A stretch of 63,550 bases of DNA, the filler included, from Guillardia theta CCMP2712 (lineage: Eukaryota > Protista > Cryptophyta), in the NCBI RefSeq assembly GCF_000315625.1. It is 8 parts of 8 records of this genome, joined end to end, with 100 filler letters (N's around TTAATTAATTAA, not from the genome) between each part and the next. Parts side by side here need not be neighbours in the genome. Positions count along the whole stretch, not along the records: positions 8,457 to 29,559 come from NW_005434602.1; 7 more parts are not named here. One strand, given 5' to 3'. The notes beneath the pieces were generated by a model that ran no database searches, was not told the DNA's origin, and worked only from the letters and a program-made list of their open reading frames with translations. Within the stretch, counting starts at the first letter, position 1, and every line of letters begins with the position of its first letter. The position numbers were made by a program, and so were the translations under genes. Shown here in pieces: positions 12,468 through 24,506 of the stretch.

Positions 12468-13970
12468 TCAGATATAGAGTGAATCGTGTAGAGTGTGTAC
12501 CATTAGCGACAATGAAACTTGTACTTTGAAACGCGTCACTTCATCCAGGGCATGTCGAGCGATGGAGCTCTTGACCTGAGGAACTGAACGATCTGACATC
12601 ATTCGTAAGCACATCGGGTCATCTTTGATATCCATCACCGTCATGAACTCGTCGTACGCCTCCTTATTTCGCTCGCAAGCCTGTTCTTGCAAGAACCTGA
12701 ACGAGGTCACAGAGAGAAGGGCGAGCAACCAGCCTCTCACTCGTCCTTGAAGAAGCCAACGGCCAGCGCTGAAGGATATCCGAATAACTCTCCCAATGAC
12801 AAGCTCGTCTCCCCTGCCGTCATGGTGAGTGATCCCTCGTCTCTTGCCCCCTTGACTTGACCCTGAAGCCTCTTACCTATGCTGCATATAACAGTGTTGC
12901 GCACAGCTGCAGCAGCAAGGAGGTGATGTACTATAAACCTGCGACAAGAAGTAAAAAATTTCCTTCCTCCTCCGTCCGCTGCTACGAGGGCTTTGAGTCT
13001 TTGCAGACGATCACGAGAGCGAGTTTATCCTAACGGCAGGGAATGAGGTGGAGAAAGGAGCTGGCGCTGTCGCATCACCCGCTCGAGAGCTCTCGTCACT
13101 TCATTCAGCCCAACACAGAACAGTGAGCTAGAGCAGAAAAATTTACCATGAGACAGAGAAGGCGGAGGTAGAGAGCCATACCCAAGAAAATCGCCGAGCT
13201 CCTCGGCCCGTACACGAGTCACCTTATCGTCGGGCTGTGGATCGTCCTCGACCATCTCAGAGCTCTGCCTTTTCCTCTTTCTTTCCTTCACCCTCGTCAC
13301 CCTTCACATGCATGAGTGATCCTCGTGACATCTCGCCCTCTCAACCTCTTCTTGCTTGCTCTCGCGCTCAGCAGCGCTCGCAGGGGCTCGAAGGACTTCT
13401 GTAGTCGCTGGACAGCGAGCAGACGGTCTTGCTATAGGAGCGAGAAAAAAGTTACTCGCGCATGGGAGCAGAAACAGGGCGGAGAGCCAGGCACCTTGTT
13501 CAACAAGGGGATGCTGATGGCGAATTCAGTATCAGATGCCTTGAAGGAAGCAGCACTGAACTGCTGGAAAGGTGAGGAGCCAAGACAAGAGAAAAATGAG
13601 ACCGACTTGCTGGTCGGTCATGAGAGTGCCAGAAGACAGCCCCTTGGCTAAGAGATGAAACACAAAGTTAGCCTCCTCCTCCTCCTCCTCCTCCTCCTCC
13701 TCCTCCTCCTCCTCCTCCTCCTCCTCCTCCTCCTCCTCCATCGTCTCGCACCCGAGTGCATCTGCACCATCGGAGATTGGGAAAGCGACTTGCGATCCTT
13801 CTTGCCCCTCTTGGCGGATCGCAGGGGGGTGATGGAGGAGACACTTCCACTCCGTTGGGACGGGGAGCTGACTTCTCGCATGGCTGAATCACCTGCCCTC
13901 TCCTCAGAGCCAAGACAGGCAAAGTAGAGCCATGACCTCGGTGCGGTTGCACATGCGTCTTTGCCGGCAT
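12468..13970 (-). CDS. L7Ae-family RNA-binding protein, possibly RNase P/MRP RPP38/POP3-like (multi-exon)
   Basis: Exon CVGLNEVTRALE matches the L7Ae G-x-NE-x-x-K/R-x-L motif; later exon SLSLGELFGYPSALAVGF resembles the L7Ae C-terminal part. Confidence 0.5.
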
Positions 13971-15187
13971 CCTCGTCCTGCCATCACTTTATGACCTGAA
14001 GCCAGACAAACAAGTAGAAACTCTCATGCCTTCACGCCCCGATCCTCCCCTACTTCCGTCGCCTTCTCAACATTGCCCGTCACTTCGCTTTTCTAGACAG
14101 TTCTCTCGCTTCTTCAGGCCACCTCTATCCATCTCTTCCTCTCGCTCGCTCCCTCTCCTCCCATTCTCCTCCCTTCCACACTCCCACCCCCAAGCGGTCT
14201 CATCGCATGAGTACTCATGAGTATCCGTGAGTATCCGTGAGTATCCGTGAGTGTCAGAGGGTACCCCCACCGACTCGAGACCACCCCTATTGTCTATATA
14301 GATGGAAACCGGTACATTTTGCTATCCCTACCCCTTGAAAGCTATATATTTCTCTACCACCCCCCCTGCTCTGATCTCCTACCTCCCCTCATCCCCTGGC
14401 CCCTCCCCATCTGCATAACCACAGTGGGTACCCTTCACTTACCGAGAACCAGGTGGGTGAGGGTAGTGCTGGTAACTAGGCAAATGGACACAGGTAGGGG
14501 ACTTCAGGGGGTAGGCTTGAGTGGTAGGTGGGTGGAAGGAAATTGGGAAGGAAAAGTAGGGGTCATATCTACAGGGTTCAGGTGATGAAGACCAGGGTAG
14601 GGTACTGGGTCCCTGGGTATGGTTGATGTCGGTAAGGTGAGGGTGGGGTGGTTAGGTACGAGGGGGTGCTAGAACGTATCCGACTGCACTGAATGGCGAG
14701 TAACGCTTTCACCTGAGACACCTCTGTTGATGAAGAACAAGAACAGCAAGAACAACATGAACAGCAAACCTTATTGTCTCTTCTTGATATCATCATCACC
14801 ACCATAGATGCTTTCTTCTCGACGTTACCATGACCACTACAACCTCTATCACCATTGATCGCTTCCTCAGACTGCCCCGTTGTCCTTCGCTTCCAAATGT
14901 TTTCCCTCAACCACCCATGAATTCACCCATATCAATCATCACACATTCATCTTCACTATCTTATTCACCTTAATCCCATATTGATCTTCTATCTATCGAT
15001 CTCGTCATTTCTCCCTCCCTGTCCTTCTTTATTCTCCTTTGTTTCCTTGGTTGGTGTTTCTTCACAAGATTTTTCTCATCGTGTCCTCATTTTCGATCGT
15101 CTTTCACCCATTGTTCTATCCCGCTTTGCACCTGACTTTTCCACTCCTTCCTCGTTCTCACTCACACTTTCTACCATTCTCAATCTA

Positions 15188-15717
15188 ATGAGAGGGGCTG
15201 GACAAGCATACAGGAGGCTTGCGTTGACGTTTGGCTCCAGATGTGCGGAGGCTCACGGGAGAGCTGCCGTCTCATGAGCTCTGAGGTGGCTCATTGGGTA
15301 GCCTCCTTCAGCCCCTCTGCTTCTTCCTTGTCGCGCCTCCCTCTGTCAGCTGGAGCTGCTCAGGTGCCACGTGCCATGGCGGGACTGCAGATCGATGCCT
15401 CCTTCATGCCAAGCTCGGCGAGCGCTAGGACATGCGGCAAGCGAAACTTCGAGGACCTCAGCGACGGGGGGAGCGACACGACGTGGATGGACATGAAGGA
15501 GAGCGACGTCGAGATCGTGAAGAGGATCCGCATCTTGCGGGAAGGATATATGCAGCATGGAGGGGCATGGGCAGATCATCAGCTAGCATCCGGTGGAAGA
15601 GCAGGAGGAAAAGTCGCTGACTGACCAGTGCGTGCAGGCCTGCTGGATGCTCGTCACCTCTCCTGCCTCCGTTCGCATGTTCTTGTCCTTGACGAAGCGC
15701 CTTGCGGGATGGAGTTA
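15188..15717 (+). CDS. Hypothetical protein (multi-exon)
   Basis: Coding-like exon MAGLQIDASF...EIVKRIRILRE followed by a GT-AG intron; no family recognised. Confidence 0.35.
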
Positions 15718-16051
15718 GACAGCATGGAGAAGGTGGGGCAGGAAGTGGAGAAACGTTGAGTCCTTACAACTGAGGCAGGAGCGAAAGTGGATCAACTGGT
15801 GCCAAGACAAATGGGAGATGCCACCGTGCGGTTCTACTTCATAGCTAGCGCTAACCCTCACCCGCTAACGTGCAAACTCTTGAGCTTGCAAGCGCTGTCG
15901 CTATTTCTGATTCGTTTGGTGCGACAGGCGAGGATGTTGAACGAGAAGAGGAAGTTTGGTGTGAGGTGAAGATAGAAGTTTTGAATGTGAATTGTAATAT
16001 TATTTCTTAATTATCCTCCTCGTCGTCCTGCCCCGTCTCATCCTCTGTCTT

Positions 16052-16082
<31 letters not shown>

Positions 16083-16104
16083 TCTGCAGACCCTACCAGC
16101 CCGT

Positions 16105-16819
16105 TCAAACTCCTGACAAAGACTGTATCATGATCTCACCTGCAGTCGCTGAAGCTGACGCTTGCTCCTCCCACTCCTTGAGCCCTTCCTCCAACAGCTT
16201 GCAAACCTTGAGCAACCTCTCAAGAGAGCCTCTCCTCCCTCCCTTCTTCCCTTCCTCCCCTCCTCTCTCGTTGTCGACATACTGATTCAGGCGGCTCGTC
16301 TGGCAGGTATGCGCTGACTCTCCACGCGGTCTCGACGACCTGCACGAGTGAGGAGGAGAAGCGAGAGGAGGGTGGCAGACCTGGAGGTCTGGGAAGGAAG
16401 ACGTCAGGCTCAGCGACTCGCACATCCGCGTCCTCCATCGCAACTTCAAGTGCGTGAGGAGTGTAGAAGAAGGTCAGGCTCACCTCATCGACGTGACTGA
16501 CTAGCAGCTGATGCACCCGCAACAAGAGGAGAGGAAGGGAGAGAGCTTGTCTCTCCTCCAAGAGACCCTTCCCGCTGACTCCCAGCTGCCATGCGCTCAT
16601 TTTCCTCCTCCTTCCCTCGGTCAGGAGCACCTTGTCCCTCATGTCGATCAAGTATTGCCACATGTCGCTCAACGCTGATCGCATGTCTTCAAGACTTCGC
16701 CGCAGCCTGCTGAGCGATCTCTCTACCTGCACCTCTCTCGTCAAGACCAACGTGTACTGGTCGAATAAATTGAAACGAGAATAGCATGAGGGAGAAACCG
16801 CGAGGAGAGAAAGAGAGGG

Positions 16820-16898
<79 letters not shown>

Positions 16899-17270
16899 GC
16901 GAGTAAGCAAGGGAGCAAGGAGGAGAGAGAGACAGAGACAGAGACAGAGACAGAGACAGAGACAGAGAGAGAAAGCCTGTACACCACCTCTATAGCGTTC
17001 TCTACTTCTTCTTGCTGAGCATTCTCTGCCCATCTCACACATCCCGTCTCTACACCCAGCGCCTGCAGCATAGAGCGACGATCCTGCGGGGTGGTGAGTG
17101 TAGAAGACTCACAGTCATCGCCATCATTCACTGCTCGCTCTACACCTCTCACCTCCCATGTTTTGTGAATAGACGATCGTTGCTCAACAGCCTGTCATGA
17201 GTCACTTGATACAAGACTTCTCCCGCCCTCTCCACCTGCAGCATCGACCTTATCCCTGCCCGCCCGTCCC
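16105..17270 (-). CDS. Hypothetical coiled-coil protein (multi-exon, interrupted by a scaffold gap)
   Basis: Helical exons (VERSLSRLRRSLEDMRSALSDMWQYLIDMRDK; LERLLKVCKLLEEGLKEWEE) separated by microsatellite introns. Confidence 0.4.
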
Positions 17271-17483
17271 TGGAAAGAAACAACTGATCAGTTCTCCTCC
17301 CTCCTTCCCACCCCTTTCTTTCCTCAACCCTGCATTATCTTGTCTANNNNNNNNNNNNNNNNNNNNNNNNNNNNNNNNNNNNNNNNNNNNNNNNNNNNNN
17401 NNNNNNNNNNNNNNNNNNNNNNNNNNNNNNNNNNNNNNNNNNNNNNATCCATCCATCCGTGCAACTCCTATGTGTATGCTGTA

Positions 17484-19071
17484 ATTCACTCGCTCCCTTA
17501 CCAACTCATGCAGGTGGCACGTTGGGTTTGGGCGGTGCCGATGGCTTCGGTGGCACTGGGGAGGTTGTGATGTACTCAGGTGAGCCTTGAACGTTTGAGG
17601 AAGAGGCAATGACGAGGAGGAGGAGGAGGAGGAGGAGGAGGAGGAGCGAGGGAGCGAGAGACAGAGGGCGAGGGCGAGGGCGAGGACTATTGCTGCGGTC
17701 TTGACGAAGATAATCAGGCGAACCAAAGACTAAGGTGGAGAAAATGTTTGGTATCTCCCAGCAACGTGATTTTAGTCCCTCCTTCTGACCATGACTTGCG
17801 ATCAGGCTTTGCTCTGCCACCAGACGCTCGAGCTGAGCGCGAAGAGGTGTGAAGCATTTGCCCATAGGTACATGTTGACTGGTTTGACAGGGGCTGTGGC
17901 AAATCGACTCATAGTCTTCACTTGTACTACGAGACTCGGCGATCAATCGAGATGAAGTTGTGGATCATGGATCGTAGAGTGAAGTTGGGGATGACTTCGT
18001 CGCCCATCATCATCTGCACTTGACATGAGTACAAGAAGAGACAAGCGCAGCCGACCTGTCCTGTCATCGGTGAGCGACAAGATCGCTTGAGCCACTGTAT
18101 GGAACATGTCAGTATCGCACATTCATGCAACATCGCCTCTTCCTCCTCGATCGCCTCGCGCTCGTATGTGTGTCCGTCAAGCGCGACGACCTGGACATGT
18201 CAGAGCAGGCGATTGGCAAGAAAAGCATCCACCGGGTCCTGCATGACGTCATGCGATATGGGACAGACAAACTCCTGCGAGGCTGTGAGAGGAGCAAGCA
18301 GGAGAGCGGAGGGAGTAACACTTCCAGGTACCTTAGGAAGGGAGGAGGGTGAGCCATGGCAGTTCGCGTGGTCCTGAGCACGAGTGAGAACAAAGACAAA
18401 GAGACATGAGCAATGTCTTGCCTCCTCTGCATGTGCACAAGCACCAAGGGAGGGCTGATATTCATAGTTGCAAGATCGCAAGCTTCTAAGCATGTCGTAA
18501 ACACGCGGCATGTGATCGGCTCGCGCTTGTTCTGAGCAAGACGTCAAAAAGGCTCGTAAGCAGCGAAGATCAAAGACTTATTAGTCTCTTCTCCAGCAGC
18601 AGCAGAACCGTGTCAAACTCTTCATCCTCTGTGTGAACCTGCCATTCAGGACGTTAACCGGCACGGTGCTGGTGACAACATCAAGTACCCCGCTCGATAT
18701 CCAGTGAAACGACCGTATCCTTGACTCAGGCTCACGCCACCTTTCCTTGTTCTCCACATGCAGGCCGTATGACTGGGTGGCATGTCCTCGCCGCCATGCT
18801 GTCAAGGTTCCTGCCTCCGTGTGCATGCTGGGTGTTTGTTCTGCTTTGCCACGGGAAAGAAGCATGGCTACTCGGGTTGCGGAGTCTACCTAGAACGCAC
18901 AGTCATTGCAATGTCTGGTAGAGCTTTGCAACCTTGGGGTCGCGTAGGGCGCTTCTTCTCTTCATGGCACCGAGCTCACTGCCTGCTTGTTGACTGGAGT
19001 CAGAACCTCCTGTCATCCTGCCTGACTCTCACGGATCGATCAGCTTCACACTCCTGGGCCCAAGTTGCCAT
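17484..19071 (-). CDS. U-box E3 ubiquitin ligase (multi-exon)
   Basis: Exons EFVCPISHDVMQDPV / ALDGHTYEREAIEE / WLKRSCRSPMTG / VIPNFTLRSMIHNF form a canonical U-box at about 17950-18280. Confidence 0.88.
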
Positions 19072-20099
19072 GCCTCCTCCTCCCTCCCCCTCCCCCCCTC
19101 CCTCCTCTTCCTCTCCCGCATCACCAACCTTGATGCCGGTCATCCCACACCCTACCCACACCACCACCGGCCGATAACCCCCACCCATCCAATTATTTAA
19201 AATTTCTAATGATGAACCCCTACCATATGATACAGAGAAAATACCCCTACCCCATAATGCAGTGCTCTCTATAGACTCACCGTCCGGCGGGCCCCGGCCC
19301 GGCGGCGGGGCCGGCAACGGCAGTAAACCGTTCACTGAGTGATCCCCTGCCGTGATCGGCCCGGACTCCGGGATCGGATCGGACGGTCTCGGACGCCGGT
19401 CCGAGCGGCTCCGACCCGGTGACCGTACCGTCTGCCGGCGGGGCCGGGCAGCCTCCTGCGGCCAACTTCGCCGGGCCGCGTGATTCACTCCGGCGACTCG
19501 GATCGGATGTAGAAGTGACAACTCACGGTGAACTTTTGAACTTGAATGCTGGGAGTGATGGATCAGCTCTGTACGGTGACACTCTGCCACAGGCCCGCCA
19601 GTCTGGTTTGGCCCCCGTTGACAGACGCAAAGGATAGACTACGCATCATTCGTGACTACTAGCGTTGTCGGGTCAAGGAACTTGCTGACAATTGGGATTT
19701 GTACCAGATCCAGGCGTTTTCCAGTACAAAATTGTGTGTGAGTAAAAAATCCAAGGATTGGAAGGTTTGAAAATCCATTTCCAGCGCTGCAAGTTCAACG
19801 GCAACCGGGGGTAATTGAGAGCTTAGATAAGTAAACAGTTGTTCCTATTGCCTTTGCATAGGATCACTTAGGCCCTTGTATAGTGGAGTAATGATTTGTA
19901 CCAGAACCTGATGGGTAGGCGTGGTAGTATTTCAAATGATTCGAACCCAACGGACGCGACAGGGGGGTGGGGGGTACAGGTCTTGGTCTGGTACTGTAAT
20001 GGGTACCTTTTAAAATACATTTAGCAGAGGGTGTCTCCCTCCCCATCTCCCTGCCCTCCACACTTGCGCATCCCTATCCTTCCCTGTCCATGAGTCTCA

Positions 20100-22107
20100 G
20101 ACTCTCATCAGACCTTCCCTGATGACCCTCAACTTTCTTTGACGCTTCTGTCTGCCTTGTCCTTCCTCAACTTGCTGGAAATTCAAACTCTGAAACCATG
20201 CCCATGAGTTGACAAGCACTGAGTTTCTCAGTTTGAATGCGGGAGGAAAGATGATTCATGGAATGAAACTCTGGTGTGCATATTTCAAGCTGATAGATAC
20301 GAGTCGTATAGCACTGGCAAATGACTGTCATTTTACTTCTCAATGATATAGCATCAAGAACTTGCTCTCGATCCATCAGTACTTGCAAAGGGTCATTTTT
20401 CAGACAGAACTTCGAGTTCATCTTTATTTTGCGTCGATCCACACGATGACATCTGTTTGATACACTATGTTTGATGAATAGTAAGAAAGAAAGGCTGAAC
20501 TGTGCACCGCTTGACTGAATTTTCCACAATACTCTTCAATTGTGTAAGAGAGCATGTCACATGTAATCATACCAGGCAAACAAGTCACAGTATCGCTCCA
20601 AACCGCGTTGTGCTTGAAACTGAGACTCTACATGAAGATGTTATCGGACTAGTCGAATGATGTACAACTTTATGGTGATACGTGGTTTAGAACTGTTGCA
20701 AAGCGGACATGGGAATATGTAGCGGCCTAGGTGATGTTTTCAACGTACTTCAATAAAACAAAGCCAAGTTGTTGCTAACAACATCATCATTTCTCCATGA
20801 GCCTGCATGACCTGATGTACATGTTAGAGAAGTCGATGCTCATTCATCAAAAGAGTGGTTAGACAAGAAATTGGTAGATACTTCTGCGCAGCATTCTTGT
20901 GTATGTGGAATCGTGCACACTCACCGTCGTGTGGAAGTGTTTGCACATTCTTCTGCGCAAGTCTCATACATTGTCCTTATCATCTGGAATGGTTGACTTT
21001 CGCTGCAAGTAATATGAGCAGCGCAAAGTTGGCAAACTTATCCATATGGTTGGAATGCCGGCGATGTATTGCAGCCTGCATAGCACCTGAGCGCTTTGTT
21101 CCACTTATCGCTTGGTTCCGAAACAATTGATGATATCGCAGCATGCAACTCGCATTGGCCCAAGGGTGTCAAGCGAGGAAAAGAACAGGATGATGGAAGG
21201 GCGAGAATGCAGCGAATAAGAGAAGCTGGTCAGGCTCAGTTTACTTTGTGTAAGAAAATGCCAATGCTTTGTACATGTTAGGTTACAAAGAAAGAGGCAA
21301 GAAAGCTCTGGTATGAGAAGAAAGATTTATTCAAAAGGGTATGTCCATTGTCGTCTGCATGATTCAATCGGATCCAACATCAATTAACTGCTCCTGATAC
21401 CATGTCAGTCTAGTCAAAACAAAGATATCAGCACCTTGAAAATTTCTTGCTTCGACTCGAGGTGAAGGAAATGAAATATGATTTACAATGCTATAAGGGG
21501 CATCGTTTTGTCGCTCAAAAGCGTCTTGATTGTAAGTCATCAAATGGAACACGACATGCAATCAATTTGCAAGTCATGCCTTCATGTGGTACCTCATCAC
21601 TGCCATTTGATGAATGCACTGGTATTCCTTGAAACTCTTTACATGCCTTGGCAATACTCTTGCATATTGCTCAGACCGCCCTCAAGCCCGACTCTTTGCA
21701 GCAGATTCCTATGAAACAAGTATAGATCATGCTGTCTCCGTGACATGCTTCATGACTTCCTACTAATTGCTCATGAGAGTCAATGTCATCCATCGTACAG
21801 CGCCACTAGCGGACGGTCCGTGCGGAGTACTCCTTATTCAAGCTGCTAAAATCTATGATGATCAACCCTCTTTACATGTGTTTGCAATCACAGAGATGTT
21901 TTCAGACTGCTGCGCTCACACCAGATTCTGCAGGGAATGCCTCTGCTTGTCCTCGTCTGAGCTCTTCTGCTGCAGATGAGTCACGTCTGCGTAACATTCA
22001 CTTGCTAACCTTGGATATGCAACCAGGGAAGGGAAGGGGCAAGGCTTGAGAGCTCCCTCTGATCTACAAGGGTGGTCTATGTTGGTCGGAGGCAGGGTAG
22101 GGTCCAA
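20100..22107 (-). CDS. Probable multi-exon hypothetical gene
   Basis: AT-richer stretch with many short GT-AG intron-like segments and short open exons; no motif recognised. Confidence 0.3.
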
Positions 22108-22441
22108 AACTTGACCCCATCGGAGAAGGCACTTTCACTGGGAAACAGGTGGGTCCAAAGCATCATAGTTTGAACAGGGGAGGTACCGCATAAACTATAT
22201 TGGTACAAGTTTTCCTAACAGTACTCGAATATGTACTATAAAATTGGTACTGTTGGTACAATTATTTGCTACCAGGAAGTACCCTACCCCCTTAAACAGG
22301 TCCCAACCAATTTGAATCTGCTCCCAGCCATCTGACCCACCCCAGCCCCCAACTGCCATTTGCTATTCACATATGTGCAAGGATACCCCCACAGAAAACT
22401 ATTGGAAACCAGAGGGGTCAGTTGAGAGCGACAACGCTAAG

Positions 22442-23256
22442 TGCCTTCACTCGAGGAGATGGACTACGCATGCCTTCACTCGAGGAGATAGACTACGCAT
22501 GCCTTCACTCGAAGAGATAGACTACGCATGCCTTCACTCGAAGAGATAGACTACGCATGCCTTGACTCGAGGAGATGGACTACGCATGCCTTCACTCGAG
22601 GAGATAGACTACGCATGCCTTCACTCGAGGAGATGGACTACGCATGCCTTCACTCGAGGAGATGGACTACGCATGCCTTCACTCGAAGAGATAGACTACG
22701 CATGCCTTCACTCGAGGAGATGGACTACGCATGCCTTGACTCGAAGAGATAGACTACGCATGCCTTCACTCGAGGAGATGGACTACGCATGCCTTCACTC
22801 GAGGAGATGGACTACGCATGCCTTGACTCGAGGAGATAGACTACGCATGCCTTCACTCGAGGAGATAGACTACGCATGCCTTCACTCGAGGAGATGGACT
22901 ACGCATGCCTTCACTCGAGGAGATAGACTACGCATGCCTTCACTCGAGGAGATGGACTACGCATGCCTTGACTCGAGGAGATAGACTACGCATGCCTTCA
23001 CTCGAGGAGATAGACTACGCATGCCTTCACTCGAGGAGATAGACTACGCATGCCTTCACTCGAAGAGATAGACTACGCATGCCTTCACTCGAGGAGATAG
23101 ACTACGCATGCCTTGACTCGAGGAGATAGACTACGCATGCCTTGACTCGAGGAGATAGACTACGCATGCCTTCACTCGAAGAGATAGACTACGCATGCCT
23201 TGACTCGAGGAGATAGACTACGCATGCCTTCACTCGAGGAGATGGACTACGCATGC
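22442..23256 (+). repeat. 29-bp minisatellite, about 28 copies (TGCCTT[C/G]ACTCGA[G/A]GAGAT[A/G]GACTACGCA)
   Basis: Head-to-tail units with no spacers and only three variable positions. Confidence 0.97.
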
Positions 23257-24028
23257 TTCTTTCTCGCCTGGTGTGCGATGTTTGTGATCGACAGCAACCA
23301 GAAAGCATGAGACCAGCCAGACAAAGCATGCCCTGTAGAGTCACTGTCAGTGCCAGCATCCCGTGCTGCAAGCAAAAAATGTTACAAGCAGGGTGAAGCC
23401 AGAAGCTCAACTCGAGACTGGATGTGGGACATCGTCCAGTGAAGTAGAGATGTCGCTCGATCCCCCAGAAGACTCTTCCGACAATGATCATGGATAAACT
23501 TGTCCACCACAAATACATGTCCTCCCGACTTCCTGCAAGCCGAATGGCGTCGAGTGATAGCAGAGCTGAAACGATCACCTGAGCAGTGAAGCTTGTTGTA
23601 AAGACGTCATACCAACCATAAAACAAGTACGACCCCCAAGCTATTGCCACCACCAGGCTGTAAACTGCCAACACCAGGCTCCAGGTTCTCCCCGAGGTGT
23701 ACTTGTGCGTGCCCTTGAGGCACCACATGTAGCCGAAAGCCATGGCAGACATGGGGAGCTCGTCCATCATCTCACCGTAGAAGCTTCTGGTTGCATGAAA
23801 CACCATGGAACCGAGCCCTACTGAGAGCAAGCAGAGGTCCGAGAAACCAAAGGCACGCGGGAGACGCTTCCTCCGAGCCCTTGTGAGCCCGTATCCGGCA
23901 GCCATGAGCGTCGCTATGTTGGAGATTGTGTTGAACATTTCGGCGATGAGAGGAGAGAAGCGGTGGAGATGCGTGACGCCCTCGCACCAGACCACATGCC
24001 CGCTCCCCGCCTCCCATCCGCCCGCCAT
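23247..24028 (-). CDS. Alkaline ceramidase (CREST superfamily); exons 24028-23386 and 23332-23247
   Basis: WCE, IAEMFNTISN, GLGSMVFHAT (SxxxH) and DELPM motifs; removing a 53-bp GT-AG intron (23333-23385) restores HPAWH (HxxxH) and a C-terminal KKHA* ER-retrieval motif. Confidence 0.92.
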
Positions 24029-24506
24029 GCTAGGACAAACAACAAGAGGACCCTATATTCACATGGGGTGGTGTGTGATGCAAGAGGGGGTGGTGAGGGG
24101 GAAACAGGGGGTGGTGAAACAGGGGGAAGCATTCGTGAGCCAGCGGAATTCCCCCGGAGGTTTGGGCATAAAGATAAATCACAGAGGGGTGGGTGAAGAG
24201 GCAGGGGTAGAGGGGTAGTAGAGATGTTGAAGGGGTGGGTGGATAGCCGCAATTTGGGTTGAATTGTATGTAAAAAATGGTTAATAGCAGGGGTAGGTCA
24301 TGGAGATGAAGTTTGTGGACCCCTTCATTGTCTTTCACTCGGAGGTGGGGTGGAGTATCTTGATGGGGGTCGATGGGTGGGTACAATTGTAGTTGACCAC
24401 AAATTGGTTGGTTGAAAATCAAAATTGATCATAAATATTGAAATTACTATGAAACTTCCAAAACTTTAAGGAATTTGTCGCCAAATTGAGTTGGAGCAGA
24501 GCGGCC

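Noticed and set aside
19633-19646. 14-bp match (GATAGACTACGCAT) to the 29-bp minisatellite unit, suggesting an element boundary
   Set aside because: Single short match with no target-site duplication, terminal repeats or transposase between the sites
22442-23256. CRISPR array
   Set aside because: Units are contiguous with no unique spacers, no cas genes are present, and the context is eukaryotic; it is a minisatellite
23189-23385. ORF-track C-terminus of the ceramidase running into the repeat
   Set aside because: Unspliced read-through; the 53-bp intron restores HPAWH and KKHA*
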